A stretch of 64,000 nt of DNA from Shigella phage ESh27. Numbering within the stretch: position 1 is the stretch's first letter; every line of letters starts with the position of its first letter. The stretch is taken from sequence record ON528737, one strand, 5' to 3'. Under the pieces are notes generated by a model. The model was given only the letters and a program-made list of their open reading frames with translations. It was not told where the DNA came from and did no database searches. Below are positions 48,200-57,345 of the stretch, piece after piece. The position numbers and the translations under genes are program-made.

Positions 48200-48247
48200 T
48201 GTACAGACTCTTGAGAGCAGAGTATAATGCTCTCGTTGGATAATAAA
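48199..48247 (+). promoter_or_regulatory. early promoter cassette, repeat copy B of 18583-18623
   Basis: 41-bp identity; -35 GTGTAC 48199-204, TATAAT 48223-28. Confidence 0.5.
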
Positions 48248-48265
48248 ATAACCGAGGAAAATAAT

Positions 48266-48598
48266 ATGTCTACTAAAATCAAAAACGTAGTTAATTCTTT
48301 CGCTTTCGATAAAGTTGTTGCTCTTCTGGAATCCGGCAATATTGTTACTCCTCAAGTTCTTGACGCGTGGGAATTCCGTCTTTATGAAATCATGCAAAAA
48401 CACGACCAGAAAATTGGACGTAATTCTATTCGTGAAATTCTAGTACAATATATTCTTTCTGAATTTGACGTTGCTGCATTTGGTGTTGAATCTAAAGCTT
48501 ATCAGAAACATGAAATCTCTGAAAAGACTATCCGTCGTATGAAAAATCAACGTAAGAAAAAATTCGTTGACCTGAAAATTGTTAAGGCGGTAAAATGA
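48266..48598 (+). CDS. hypothetical protein
   Basis: GAGGAAAA then ATG at 48266. Confidence 0.55.
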   Translation: MSTKIKNVVNSFAFDKVVALLESGNIVTPQVLDAWEFRLYEIMQKHDQKIGRNSIREILVQYILSEFDVAAFGVESKAYQKHEISEKTIRRMKNQRKKKFVDLKIVKAVK

Positions 48599-48822
48599 GC
48601 GTATTAACAGAAACTTTGATTAATGACCTGCGTCTAGCTGGTTACGAAGTTGGTACAAATAGTCTAGGTCTTCCTCAGATTGAAGGGCCTGGATTTATTC
48701 TAGAATACGAATTCAAACAATGGTGGTTATATGCTACGGTTGACGATGCGTTGAATATTGATTTCGTTGACCAATTTGATTCGTTGGATGCTGCCTTATT
48801 TGCAGCGAAGGAATTAGAATGA
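48595..48822 (+). CDS. hypothetical acidic protein
   Basis: 75-aa ORF, ATGA overlap. Confidence 0.5.
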   Translation: MSVLTETLINDLRLAGYEVGTNSLGLPQIEGPGFILEYEFKQWWLYATVDDALNIDFVDQFDSLDAALFAAKELE

Positions 48823-48911
48823 AACTATCTCGAATTGCTATAACCGAAGAAAAGTTTGGTGAATTTTAAGTCGTCAACTTTATGAAAGTTACGTATCTTT
48901 GATAGTATCTC

Positions 48912-48957
48912 GTGCTTTAAGATAGGTCTCTAAATATTATGATATAATAGACCTATG
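48912..48957 (+). promoter_or_regulatory. candidate promoter with ATAGGTCT/AGACCTAT inverted repeat upstream of gene 55
   Basis: TATAAT at 48944-49; -35 assignment uncertain. Confidence 0.35.
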
Positions 48958-48977
48958 AATTGAGCCAAGAGGTACTT

Positions 48978-49535
48978 ATGACTGAACAAAAACCTAAAAA
49001 TAACTATGTGAATAATAAAGAGCTTCTCGCTGCTATAATCGAGTGGAAAAAGGAGCTCTTAAATAATAAAGACCCAAACAAAATTATTCGTCAGAATGAT
49101 ACCATAGGTTTAGCAATTATGCTTATCGCCGAAGGCCTGTCCAAACGTTTCAACTTTTCAGGATATACCCAGTCTTGGAAGCAGGAGATGATTGCAGATG
49201 GGATTGAAGCCTCTATTAAGGGACTTCATAATTTCGACGAAACTAAGTACAATAACCCACATGCATACATAACTCGAGCTTGTTTTAATGCTTTTGTCCA
49301 ACGTATCAAAAAAGAACGTAAGGAAGTTGCAAAGAAATATAGTTACTTCGTTCATAATGTCTACGACAGTCATGACGATGATATGGTAGCGTTGGTAGAT
49401 GAAACGTTTATTCAAGACATCTACGATAAAATGACGCATTATGAAGAATCCGCTTATAAAGCTCCTGGGGCTGAAAAGAAGGAAGTTGTTAGCGATTCGC
49501 CTAGTTTGGATTTTTTATATGAGGATGACAATTGA
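48978..49535 (+). CDS. 55: late-transcription sigma factor gp55
   Basis: 185 aa from [17 protein letters not shown]...; ...[24 protein letters not shown]... matches T4 gp55. Confidence 0.92.
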   Translation: MTEQKPKNNYVNNKELLAAIIEWKKELLNNKDPNKIIRQNDTIGLAIMLIAEGLSKRFNFSGYTQSWKQEMIADGIEASIKGLHNFDETKYNNPHAYITRACFNAFVQRIKKERKEVAKKYSYFVHNVYDSHDDDMVALVDETFIQDIYDKMTHYEESAYKAPGAEKKEVVSDSPSLDFLYEDDN

Positions 49536-49734
49536 CATCTCTAACTACTTAGAAGAACCTTTTGACGAAGCAATCCCTTATTTGGTAAAACTGTTGGGTC
49601 GTGAATTTAAAATTAATTTTGACATCGACCCTTTGAACCCACATGACGTGTCATTTTCGATAAATGGGACTCCAGTTGAGTACGAGTTCTGTATTGAAGA
49701 GGATGGACGTTTTTATTTTAATTTAATGAGATAA
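49519..49734 (+). CDS. hypothetical protein (start uncertain)
   Basis: Overlaps the end of gene 55. Confidence 0.4.
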   Translation: MRMTIDISNYLEEPFDEAIPYLVKLLGREFKINFDIDPLNPHDVSFSINGTPVEYEFCIEEDGRFYFNLMR

Positions 49735-49735
49735 T

Positions 49736-50059
49736 ATGACTACCGAGATTATTGAAAATAAAGAAGCAGAAGATGCAGTAGCTAAAATGCTACAAGAAAT
49801 ACAAAAGAAAAATGAAGCTGAAGCACGTAAAAAATCCGAAAAGATTCTTAAAAAGAATCGTTTCGAACTAAATCGACTTTATGCTCATGCTCAAGAAGCA
49901 GCAATTCAAAACAACTTCGAAGCTTACGAATATGCTATTAAGAAATCTCGGGATATTCTACGACAACCATATAATGACAAGTTAATTAAAATCCAGTGGG
50001 TTACTACTCGTCAGGCTATTGAGGACATTATTAATGGCGCTAGTTCAAACAAAGTTTAA
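49736..50059 (+). CDS. hypothetical protein
   Basis: 107-aa ORF. Confidence 0.5.
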   Translation: MTTEIIENKEAEDAVAKMLQEIQKKNEAEARKKSEKILKKNRFELNRLYAHAQEAAIQNNFEAYEYAIKKSRDILRQPYNDKLIKIQWVTTRQAIEDIINGASSNKV

Positions 50060-50240
50060 ACGTCTGAATCTGAACGCAGGGTTCACCCTTAAATTGGGAG
50101 GTCCTCTTTGTGTTAAAATTTCCGAAAAGGAATATCACGACGGTTCTATTACAGAAATTTGTCCGCCTATTGTAAAGGCAGACCCAAAACAACTCGTGTG
50201 GGTTGATTCATTTCAAGTTAAGAAATGGTGGAAACGATGA
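50034..50240 (+). CDS. hypothetical basic protein
   Basis: ATG at 50034 overlapping upstream gene end. Confidence 0.4.
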   Translation: MALVQTKFKRLNLNAGFTLKLGGPLCVKISEKEYHDGSITEICPPIVKADPKQLVWVDSFQVKKWWKR

Positions 50241-50330
50241 TAACTTGGACAGGTGGCTAATGAAAGACGAACACCCGGATTTTTAAGCTTATGAATGACA
50301 AATACGAAAAAGTTTAAGGGGTCATATGAA

Positions 50331-50504
50331 TGACGAATTTGACGGATTTTGATAAGATTAAATCTGATAAAAATGAGATGATACTTCAATTTGAAGCCGC
50401 TCGTATTAAAGCAGAAAATGAAGGTACTATTACCCGTAAGAAAATCAAGTTCAGGTATAGTCACGAACCTCTATACGGTGTATTAATTGGAAAGGAAGCC
50501 TAGT
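50331..50504 (+). CDS. small ORF (57 aa)
   Basis: AAGGGG then ATG at 50331; below ORF-track cutoff. Confidence 0.35.
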
Positions 50505-50519
50505 GCTTCCTTTTTTTTT
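50494..50519 (+). terminator. rho-independent terminator
   Basis: GGAAGC-CTAGT-GCTTCC then T9. Confidence 0.6.
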
Positions 50520-50566
50520 GCTTTATATTCTGGATGATAAAATGAACCAACTAATGAGGAAAACAT

Positions 50567-50710
50567 ATGATTATATTTTTAGGTGTGACTATATTGATAT
50601 TAGCCTTCTATCTATTCACTAGGGCGTGTTGGATAGGTTTCTTTAGTACCCCAGATGGATTAATTTCTGTGGTTTTATTTTGCATTGCGATAACGGCGTT
50701 AGACTTATGA
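50567..50710 (+). CDS. small hydrophobic ORF (47 aa)
   Basis: GAGGAAAA then ATG; stop overlaps gene 47 start. Confidence 0.35.
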   Translation: MIIFLGVTILILAFYLFTRACWIGFFSTPDGLISVVLFCIAITALDL

Positions 50711-51726
50711 AAATTTTACATTTAGGTGACTTCCATATCGGCGTTAAACAGGACGACCCATGGGTTCAAGATATTCAACGTGATGGTATTCGTCAAGCAA
50801 TTGAATACTCTAAGAAACACGGGATTAAAACTTGGATTCAGTACGGTGATTGGTTTGACGTCCGTAAAGCAATTACACATCGTACAATGGAATTCAATCG
50901 TGAAATCGTTGATATGATTTCTAAAGCAGGCATTCACGTTCATGTCACGATAGGAAACCATGACATGGCGTTTAAGAATACAATAACACCTAACACTGTT
51001 TCTGAATTGTTAACACAATTTGAAAACTTTACTATTTACGAACATCCAACTACTGTAGATTTTGACGGATGTCTGATTGATATCGTTCCGTGGATGTGTG
51101 AAGAAAATACAGGTGAAATCTTAGAGCATATCAAGACTTCTTCTGCTGCGTATTGTGTTGGACACTGGGAACTGAACGGCTTCTATTTCTATAAAGGAAT
51201 GAAGTCTCATGGGCTTGAACCTGATTTCTTAAAGACCTATAAACAAGTCTGGTCCGGCCACTTCCACACAATCTCTGAAGCTGCTAACGTCAAATATATT
51301 GGGACACCATGGACCCTTACTGCAGGTGACGAGAATGATCCTCGCGGATTCTGGGTATTTGACACTGATGTTGAACGTATGGAATTTATTCCTAATGAAA
51401 CAACATGGCATCGACGAATCACTTATCCGTTTAAAGGCAAAATTAATTATTCTGATTATACTAATCTAGCCGTACGTGTTATAGTATCAGAAATTGATTC
51501 AGAGTTGACTAAGTTTGAATCTGAACTTGAAAAAGTAGTTCACTCTCTTCGTATGGTTTCTAAAGTTGATAACAGTGTTGAATCTGATGACGACCAGGAA
51601 ATCGAGATTAAATCACTTCAAGATATCATTAAAGAATATATTGACGCGATTCCAGATATCTCAGACGAAGACAGAGAAGCGCTGGTCAAATATTCCAACG
51701 AACTTTATATTGAGGCAACACAATGA
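50707..51726 (+). CDS. 47: recombination endonuclease subunit gp47 (Mre11-like)
   Basis: MKILHLGDFHIG... and GNHD phosphoesterase motifs. Confidence 0.9.
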   Translation: MKILHLGDFHIGVKQDDPWVQDIQRDGIRQAIEYSKKHGIKTWIQYGDWFDVRKAITHRTMEFNREIVDMISKAGIHVHVTIGNHDMAFKNTITPNTVSELLTQFENFTIYEHPTTVDFDGCLIDIVPWMCEENTGEILEHIKTSSAAYCVGHWELNGFYFYKGMKSHGLEPDFLKTYKQVWSGHFHTISEAANVKYIGTPWTLTAGDENDPRGFWVFDTDVERMEFIPNETTWHRRITYPFKGKINYSDYTNLAVRVIVSEIDSELTKFESELEKVVHSLRMVSKVDNSVESDDDQEIEIKSLQDIIKEYIDAIPDISDEDREALVKYSNELYIEATQ

Positions 51727-51980
51727 CTTTAGATGAATTTAACAATGCTGGGCTCGGGCTTGAAGTTGAAATAGACGTTAAAGATGATGATGGATTCGAG
51801 AACACCATCAAGTATTGGATTGAGCCATTACGTGTTGAAGACAATGAAGTTAAAGCAGTTCATGTTTGTACCGACTGGGCTATTGAATTTAGCTTTAACA
51901 TAATGGACAATGATACTCCTGGCTCTATTCTTAAAATGGCTGAAGCGTGTATTGAGGATGCGTATAATGACGAAGACTGA
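51723..51980 (+). CDS. hypothetical acidic protein
   Basis: 85-aa ORF between 47 and 46. Confidence 0.5.
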   Translation: MTLDEFNNAGLGLEVEIDVKDDDGFENTIKYWIEPLRVEDNEVKAVHVCTDWAIEFSFNIMDNDTPGSILKMAEACIEDAYNDED

Positions 51981-52206
51981 TTATGAAATCCATCGTCATG
52001 AATTTAGTATTGGCGACGGTTATATTGGTATCGTTGAATGGACTGAGAATTACGAGGAATCAACTCCTCGTTTCTTTGGAACAATGTATGTTACATGTGA
52101 GTACGCACCAGGTGTTGTTATGTATGCAGAACTAGATGAATATTTTGCTGATAGGGATGACATGTTAAAATATGTAGAGGACTTCATTCGAAGAGAATAC
52201 ATATGA
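51967..52206 (+). CDS. hypothetical protein
   Basis: ATG at 51967. Confidence 0.5.
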   Translation: MTKTDYEIHRHEFSIGDGYIGIVEWTENYEESTPRFFGTMYVTCEYAPGVVMYAELDEYFADRDDMLKYVEDFIRREYI

Positions 52207-53891
52207 AATCATTTAAATTAAATCGTGTTCGTTATCAAAACATCATGTCGGTAGGTGGGAATCCTATCGATATCCAATTAGATAAAGTCCAAAAGACATT
52301 AATCACTGGTAAAAATGGCGGTGGTAAATCTACGATGTTAGAAGCCATTACTTTCGGACTTTTCGGTAAACCATTTCGTGATGTTAAGAAAGGACAAATC
52401 ATTAATAGCACGAACAAGAAAGAGCTCTTAGTTGAGCTTTGGATGGAATTCGATGATAAAAAATACTTCATTAAACGTGGCCAAAAGCCCAATATTTTCG
52501 AAATCTCCGTTAACGGTGTTCGTCTTGATGAATCTGCCAGCAGTCGCGACTTCCAAGAAGAATTTGAACGTAGCATCGGAATGTCATACGCGTCTTTTAA
52601 ACAGATCGTTGTGCTTGGGACGGCAGGGTATACCCCTTTCATGGCTCTTAGCACCCCTGCTCGTAGAAAACTTGTCGAAGACCTTTTAGAAGTCGGCACA
52701 CTTGCTGAAATGGATAAAATCAATAAGTCTCAAGTTCGCGAACTTAATTCCCAGGGACAAGTTCTCGATGCCAAGAAAGATGGTATTATCCAACAAATTA
52801 AGATTTATAACGAGAATATCGAACGCCAAAAGAAATTATCTGGCGATAATGTAGCACGTCTACAGAATATGTATGACGACCTAGCCAAAGAAGCTCGTTC
52901 ATTAAAAGCAGAAATTGAAGAAGCTAATGAGCGTCTACTTAATATCGTTCTTGACGAAGACCCTACTGAGGCATTCAACAAGATCGGACAAGAAGCATTC
53001 TTGATTAAATCTAAAATCGACTCATATAACAAAGTTATTAAGATGTATCATGATGGCGGCACGTGTCCTACTTGCGCATCACAATTGCACCAGGGTGACC
53101 CTATTGTCTCTAAGATTACCGATAAGCTTCATGAATGTAATCACTCATTCGAGCAACTTACCTGTCACAGAGATAATCTGAGTGTCCTAGTGGACGAATA
53201 TAGAGCTAACGTTAAGACTAAACAGGACCTTGCATCTGATATTCGTACAAAGAAACAAACAATGATTGCCACTATTGATAAAGCTAAGAAAGTTAAAGCT
53301 GCAATAGAGCAAGCCTCGGCTGAATTTATCGACCATGCCGATGAGATAGCTTTGCTTCAAAAAGAACTTGATAAAATCATTAAAACAAAATCGGATATCG
53401 TTCTTGAAAAATACCATCGTGGTATTATCACAGATATGTTAAAAGATTCTGGTATTAAAGGTGCTATCATTAAAAAATATGTGCCTCTGTTCAACAAGCA
53501 GATTAACCATTATCTTAAAATCATGGAAGCTGATTATGTGTTTTCTATTGACGAAGAATTCAATGAATCTATAAAATCACGCGGACGTGAAGATTTTAGT
53601 TATGCTTCATTTAGTCAAGGTGAAAAAGCACGTATCGATATCGCATTGTTGTTTACATGGCGAGATATTGCTGAAAAGGTTTCTGGTGTTAGAATCAATA
53701 CATTAATTATGGACGAAGTCATGGATTCCGCGACTGATTCTGAAGGTATTAAAGCTATTTCAACAATTCTTAACTCTCTAACCGATGCAAACGTGTTTAT
53801 AATTAGTCACAGAGACCATGACCCACAAGCTTATGGACAACATCTTCAGATGAGCAAAGTTGGACGATTTACTGTAATGACTGTTTCATAA
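52203..53891 (+). CDS. 46: recombination endonuclease subunit gp46 (Rad50-like ATPase)
   Basis: 562 aa; Walker A GKNGGGKST, central coiled coil with CPTC zinc hook, C-terminal LIMDEV. Confidence 0.9.
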   Translation: MKSFKLNRVRYQNIMSVGGNPIDIQLDKVQKTLITGKNGGGKSTMLEAITFGLFGKPFRDVKKGQIINSTNKKELLVELWMEFDDKKYFIKRGQKPNIFEISVNGVRLDESASSRDFQEEFERSIGMSYASFKQIVVLGTAGYTPFMALSTPARRKLVEDLLEVGTLAEMDKINKSQVRELNSQGQVLDAKKDGIIQQIKIYNENIERQKKLSGDNVARLQNMYDDLAKEARSLKAEIEEANERLLNIVLDEDPTEAFNKIGQEAFLIKSKIDSYNKVIKMYHDGGTCPTCASQLHQGDPIVSKITDKLHECNHSFEQLTCHRDNLSVLVDEYRANVKTKQDLASDIRTKKQTMIATIDKAKKVKAAIEQASAEFIDHADEIALLQKELDKIIKTKSDIVLEKYHRGIITDMLKDSGIKGAIIKKYVPLFNKQINHYLKIMEADYVFSIDEEFNESIKSRGREDFSYASFSQGEKARIDIALLFTWRDIAEKVSGVRINTLIMDEVMDSATDSEGIKAISTILNSLTDANVFIISHRDHDPQAYGQHLQMSKVGRFTVMTVS

Positions 53892-53945
53892 ACGCTTTAA
53901 CACGATGTGGTCATTATAACCACATCAAATTAAATGGAGAACAAC

Positions 53946-54134
53946 ATGGAGTATTCAACCGGACAACATCTTCTTGTTGTCCCTGAAATTAAAAAATATG
54001 TTTTGACCAATACGTTTTCAGGTGAAGAACATATTGTTACTGAACAAATGCTCAAATCTGCTTTTAAAGATGAGTATAATAAAATAATGTCTAATCGCAA
54101 TTCCGCATGGACAGTTACCGACTTCTACGAATAA
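53946..54134 (+). CDS. 45.2: gp45.2-like small protein
   Basis: 62 aa, positional equivalent of T4 45.2. Confidence 0.55.
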   Translation: MEYSTGQHLLVVPEIKKYVLTNTFSGEEHIVTEQMLKSAFKDEYNKIMSNRNSAWTVTDFYE

Positions 54135-54146
54135 GAGAGAAATAAT

Positions 54147-54563
54147 ATGTTTACTACTGCTAAAGGTTTTACCGCTGCTGATCTGAAAGTTACTTCTATC
54201 CGTACTGACGCTAACCCGCATAACCATAATCGTGTTCGTAAAGCATGGGTCCTGCATTGTGATGACGCAAGTGCTAAAAAGCTTCAATCTTTGCCACAAG
54301 AAACTCGTTTTATGATTTATGGTTTTATTGATAATGATGTATCTGATATGTGGATTCATCTGATGCGTAAGCACTATAAAGATTCTATTGAAGCCGGTGG
54401 AAAAATCGTTCTTGATAAAGATGGTTCTGAGCGCCTGGAAGATTTCTACTGTGTTGATGCCGACGAACAACTAATTGCAGCCGGCGAAATTGTTGCTTCT
54501 AAAATTCCAGAATATATTGAATCACTGCCTGAAGCTATTAAAAAGCAGATGGTTGCTGCATAA
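54147..54563 (+). CDS. rpbA: RNA polymerase binding protein RpbA (by position)
   Basis: 138 aa between 45.2 and 45, T4 synteny. Confidence 0.55.
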   Translation: MFTTAKGFTAADLKVTSIRTDANPHNHNRVRKAWVLHCDDASAKKLQSLPQETRFMIYGFIDNDVSDMWIHLMRKHYKDSIEAGGKIVLDKDGSERLEDFYCVDADEQLIAAGEIVASKIPEYIESLPEAIKKQMVAA

Positions 54564-54603
54564 TAAATTTGTTAAACTTTGAATTGTCTTGAAAGGAAAT
54601 AAA

Positions 54604-55290
54604 ATGAAACTGTCTAAAGATACTATCGCTATTCTGAAAAACTTTGCCTCTATTAACTCCGGCATTCTGCTGAGTCAAGGTAAATTTATTATGACCCGTG
54701 CAGTTAATGGCACCACTTATGCTGAAGCAAATATCTCTGATGAAATTGATTTTGACGTAGCACTTTATGATTTGAATAGCTTCTTAAGCATTCTGAGTCT
54801 AGTGTCTGATGATGCTGAAATTTCAATGCACACCGATGGCAATATTAAAATTGCAGATACACGTTCCACAGTTTATTGGCCTGCTGCTGACAAGAGCACC
54901 ATTGTTTTTCCTAATAAGCCAATTCAATTCCCAGTGGCTTCTGTGATTACTGAAATTAAAGCTGAAGACCTTCAACAATTGCTTCGAGTTTCACGTGGTC
55001 TTCAGATTGATACAATTGCTATTACAAATAAAGATGGTAAAATTGTTATCAACGGTTATAATAAAGTTGAAGATTCTGGACTAACTCGTCCTAAGTATTC
55101 TTTGACTCTTACCGATTATGATGGCTCTAATAACTTCAACTTCGTAATCAATATGGCTAATATGAAAATTCAGCCGGGTAATTATAAAGTAATGTTGTGG
55201 GGAGCTGGTGATAAAGTTGCAGCTAAGTTTGAAAGCTCTCAAGTAAGTTATGTTATTGCAATGGAAGCCGATTCTACTCACGACTTCTAA
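54604..55290 (+). CDS. 45: sliding clamp gp45
   Basis: 228 aa MKLSKDTIAILKNFASINSGILL...; matches T4 gp45. Confidence 0.92.
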   Translation: MKLSKDTIAILKNFASINSGILLSQGKFIMTRAVNGTTYAEANISDEIDFDVALYDLNSFLSILSLVSDDAEISMHTDGNIKIADTRSTVYWPAADKSTIVFPNKPIQFPVASVITEIKAEDLQQLLRVSRGLQIDTIAITNKDGKIVINGYNKVEDSGLTRPKYSLTLTDYDGSNNFNFVINMANMKIQPGNYKVMLWGAGDKVAAKFESSQVSYVIAMEADSTHDF

Positions 55291-55365
55291 GTCAAAGCTT
55301 TACGTTTAATGTAGTACGATTATGGAGGAGAAATCCTCCAGATTAATGATAATGAGGAAAATTAC

Positions 55366-56328
55366 ATGATTACTATCAATTCCAAAGAACACATTCTAGA
55401 ACAGAAATATCGTCCTTCTTCCATTGACGAATGTATTCTGCCTGCGTATGACCATGAAACATTCAAGTCTTTAGTATCTAAAGGAAAACTTCCTCATATT
55501 ATTTTGCACTCTCCTTCTCCTGGTACAGGTAAAACAACCGTAGCAAAAGCATTATGTAATGATATCAATGCCGAAATGATGTTCGTCAACGGTTCTGATT
55601 GTAAGATTGATTTTGTGCGTGGTCCGTTAACTGCATTCGCTCGTTCAGTCTCAATGGAAGGCAAGCCTAAAGTTATTGTTATTGATGAATTTGACCGTAG
55701 TGGCCTTGCTGAATCACAACGTCACCTTCGTACATTCATGGAAGAATTCTCTAGTAACTGCTCTATTATTATCACTGCTAACAATATTGACGGAATTATT
55801 GAACCATTACGTAGCCGTTGTCGAGTTATCGAATTCGGTCGTCCAACCGAAGAAGATAAAATCTCGATGATGAAGAAAATGATTCATCGTATGGTTGAAA
55901 TCTGTAAGAACGAAAATATCGAAATCGCTGATATGAAAGTTGTTGCAGCTCTGGTTAAAAAGAACTTCCCGGACTTTCGTCGCACAATCGGCCAATTAGA
56001 CCAGTACTCGTCTAAAGGTGTTCTTGATGCAGGTATTCTGTCTATTGTAACTAATGACCGTGGCACAGTCTCTGATGTTATCGAAGCAATGAAGAACAAA
56101 GATATCAAACAGCTTCGTGCATTAGCTCCAAAATATGCTGCAGATTATTCGTGGTTCATCGATAAATTAGTTTCAGAATGTTATGACCAAGTTGCACCTG
56201 GTAAAAGTATTATTTTGCTTTACGAAATTGCAGGCGAAAATAATAAGTTTCATGGACTAGCAAGTAATATTGAATTACATGTTATGTATATGCTTCTTCA
56301 ACTGACCTGTGAACTGACTTGGAAATAA
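55366..56328 (+). CDS. 44: clamp loader large subunit gp44
   Basis: Walker [10 protein letters not shown], Walker B VIVIDEFD; 320 aa. Confidence 0.92.
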   Translation: MITINSKEHILEQKYRPSSIDECILPAYDHETFKSLVSKGKLPHIILHSPSPGTGKTTVAKALCNDINAEMMFVNGSDCKIDFVRGPLTAFARSVSMEGKPKVIVIDEFDRSGLAESQRHLRTFMEEFSSNCSIIITANNIDGIIEPLRSRCRVIEFGRPTEEDKISMMKKMIHRMVEICKNENIEIADMKVVAALVKKNFPDFRRTIGQLDQYSSKGVLDAGILSIVTNDRGTVSDVIEAMKNKDIKQLRALAPKYAADYSWFIDKLVSECYDQVAPGKSIILLYEIAGENNKFHGLASNIELHVMYMLLQLTCELTWK

Positions 56329-56329
56329 T

Positions 56330-56893
56330 ATGAACTTATTCGATGATGACGTCCAGCTTAACGAGCACCAAATTGCATGGAAGTCTAATGACGCTGATGC
56401 GATTCAAAAATGTGCTGATATGTTTAAAGAAAAACCTGAGAATGAATTCTTTAAAATCATTAATGCTATTAACGAAAAGAAATCTATGTCAATTGCTCAG
56501 GTCGACTACTCAAAATTTATGGTTGAGAACTCATTATCCCAGTTCCCAGAATGTATGCCAGCCGTTTACATGATGAACTTAGTCGGTTCTGAATTAAGTG
56601 ATGAAGCGCACTTCAACTATATGATGGCGGCAATTCCGCGTGGTCGTCGATTCTCTAAATGGGCTAAACTAGTCGAAGACACTTCAGAGTTACTAGTTAT
56701 CAAACTGTTGATGAAACATTACACAATCAACATGAATGATGCTACCGAGTATAAGCGGCTCCTTGAAAAAAATAACAAGCTGCCAATAGTCCTTAAAGAA
56801 CTGAAGGCCATGGTCACTGATGAGTTTCTCAAAGAAGTTACTAAAAACGTAAAAGAACAAAAACAATTTAAAAAATTAGCATTGGAATGGTAA
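56330..56893 (+). CDS. 62: clamp loader small subunit gp62
   Basis: 187 aa, T4 gp62 size and sequence. Confidence 0.88.
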   Translation: MNLFDDDVQLNEHQIAWKSNDADAIQKCADMFKEKPENEFFKIINAINEKKSMSIAQVDYSKFMVENSLSQFPECMPAVYMMNLVGSELSDEAHFNYMMAAIPRGRRFSKWAKLVEDTSELLVIKLLMKHYTINMNDATEYKRLLEKNNKLPIVLKELKAMVTDEFLKEVTKNVKEQKQFKKLALEW

Positions 56894-56895
56894 AA

Positions 56896-57264
56896 ATGAT
56901 TGAAATTAAATTGAAGAACCCTGAAGATTTTCTGAAAGTCAAAGAGACTTTGACCCGTATGGGCATCGCTAATAACAAAGATAAAGTCCTTTACCAGTCT
57001 TGTCATATCCTCCAAAAGCAAGGTAAGTACTATATTGTCCACTTTAAAGAAATGTTGCGAATGGATGGACGCCAGGTTGATATTGACGGCGAAGACTATC
57101 AACGACGCGATTCTATTGCTCAGTTGCTTGAAGACTGGGGACTGATTGTTATTGAAGACTCTGCTCGTGAAGATCTATTTAGCCTGACTAATAACTTCCG
57201 AGTCATCTCTTTTAAACAGAAAGATGACTGGACTTTGAAAGCAAAATATACAATTGGTAATTAA
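56896..57264 (+). CDS. regA: translational repressor RegA
   Basis: 122 aa MIEIKLKNPEDFLKVKETLTRMGIANNKDKVLYQSCHILQK... matches T4 RegA. Confidence 0.92.
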   Translation: MIEIKLKNPEDFLKVKETLTRMGIANNKDKVLYQSCHILQKQGKYYIVHFKEMLRMDGRQVDIDGEDYQRRDSIAQLLEDWGLIVIEDSAREDLFSLTNNFRVISFKQKDDWTLKAKYTIGN

Positions 57265-57271
57265 AGCAATG

Positions 57272-57289
57272 GGACTTCGGTCCCATTTG
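57272..57289 (+). promoter_or_regulatory. stable UUCG-loop hairpin upstream of gene 43 (terminator or regulatory RNA element)
   Basis: ATGGGAC-TTCG-GTCCCAT followed by TTGGAGTATAAT. Confidence 0.4.
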
Positions 57290-57345
57290 GAGTATAATAA
57301 GTTCATCAACAAACAAAAGACAATAACTCGTCTAAAGGAAATTAA

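Noticed and set aside
13675-48247. Possible CRISPR array suggested by short repeated elements
   Set aside because: Repeats are kilobases apart, contain promoter hexamers or terminator hairpins, and flank protein-coding genes; no regular repeat-spacer structure
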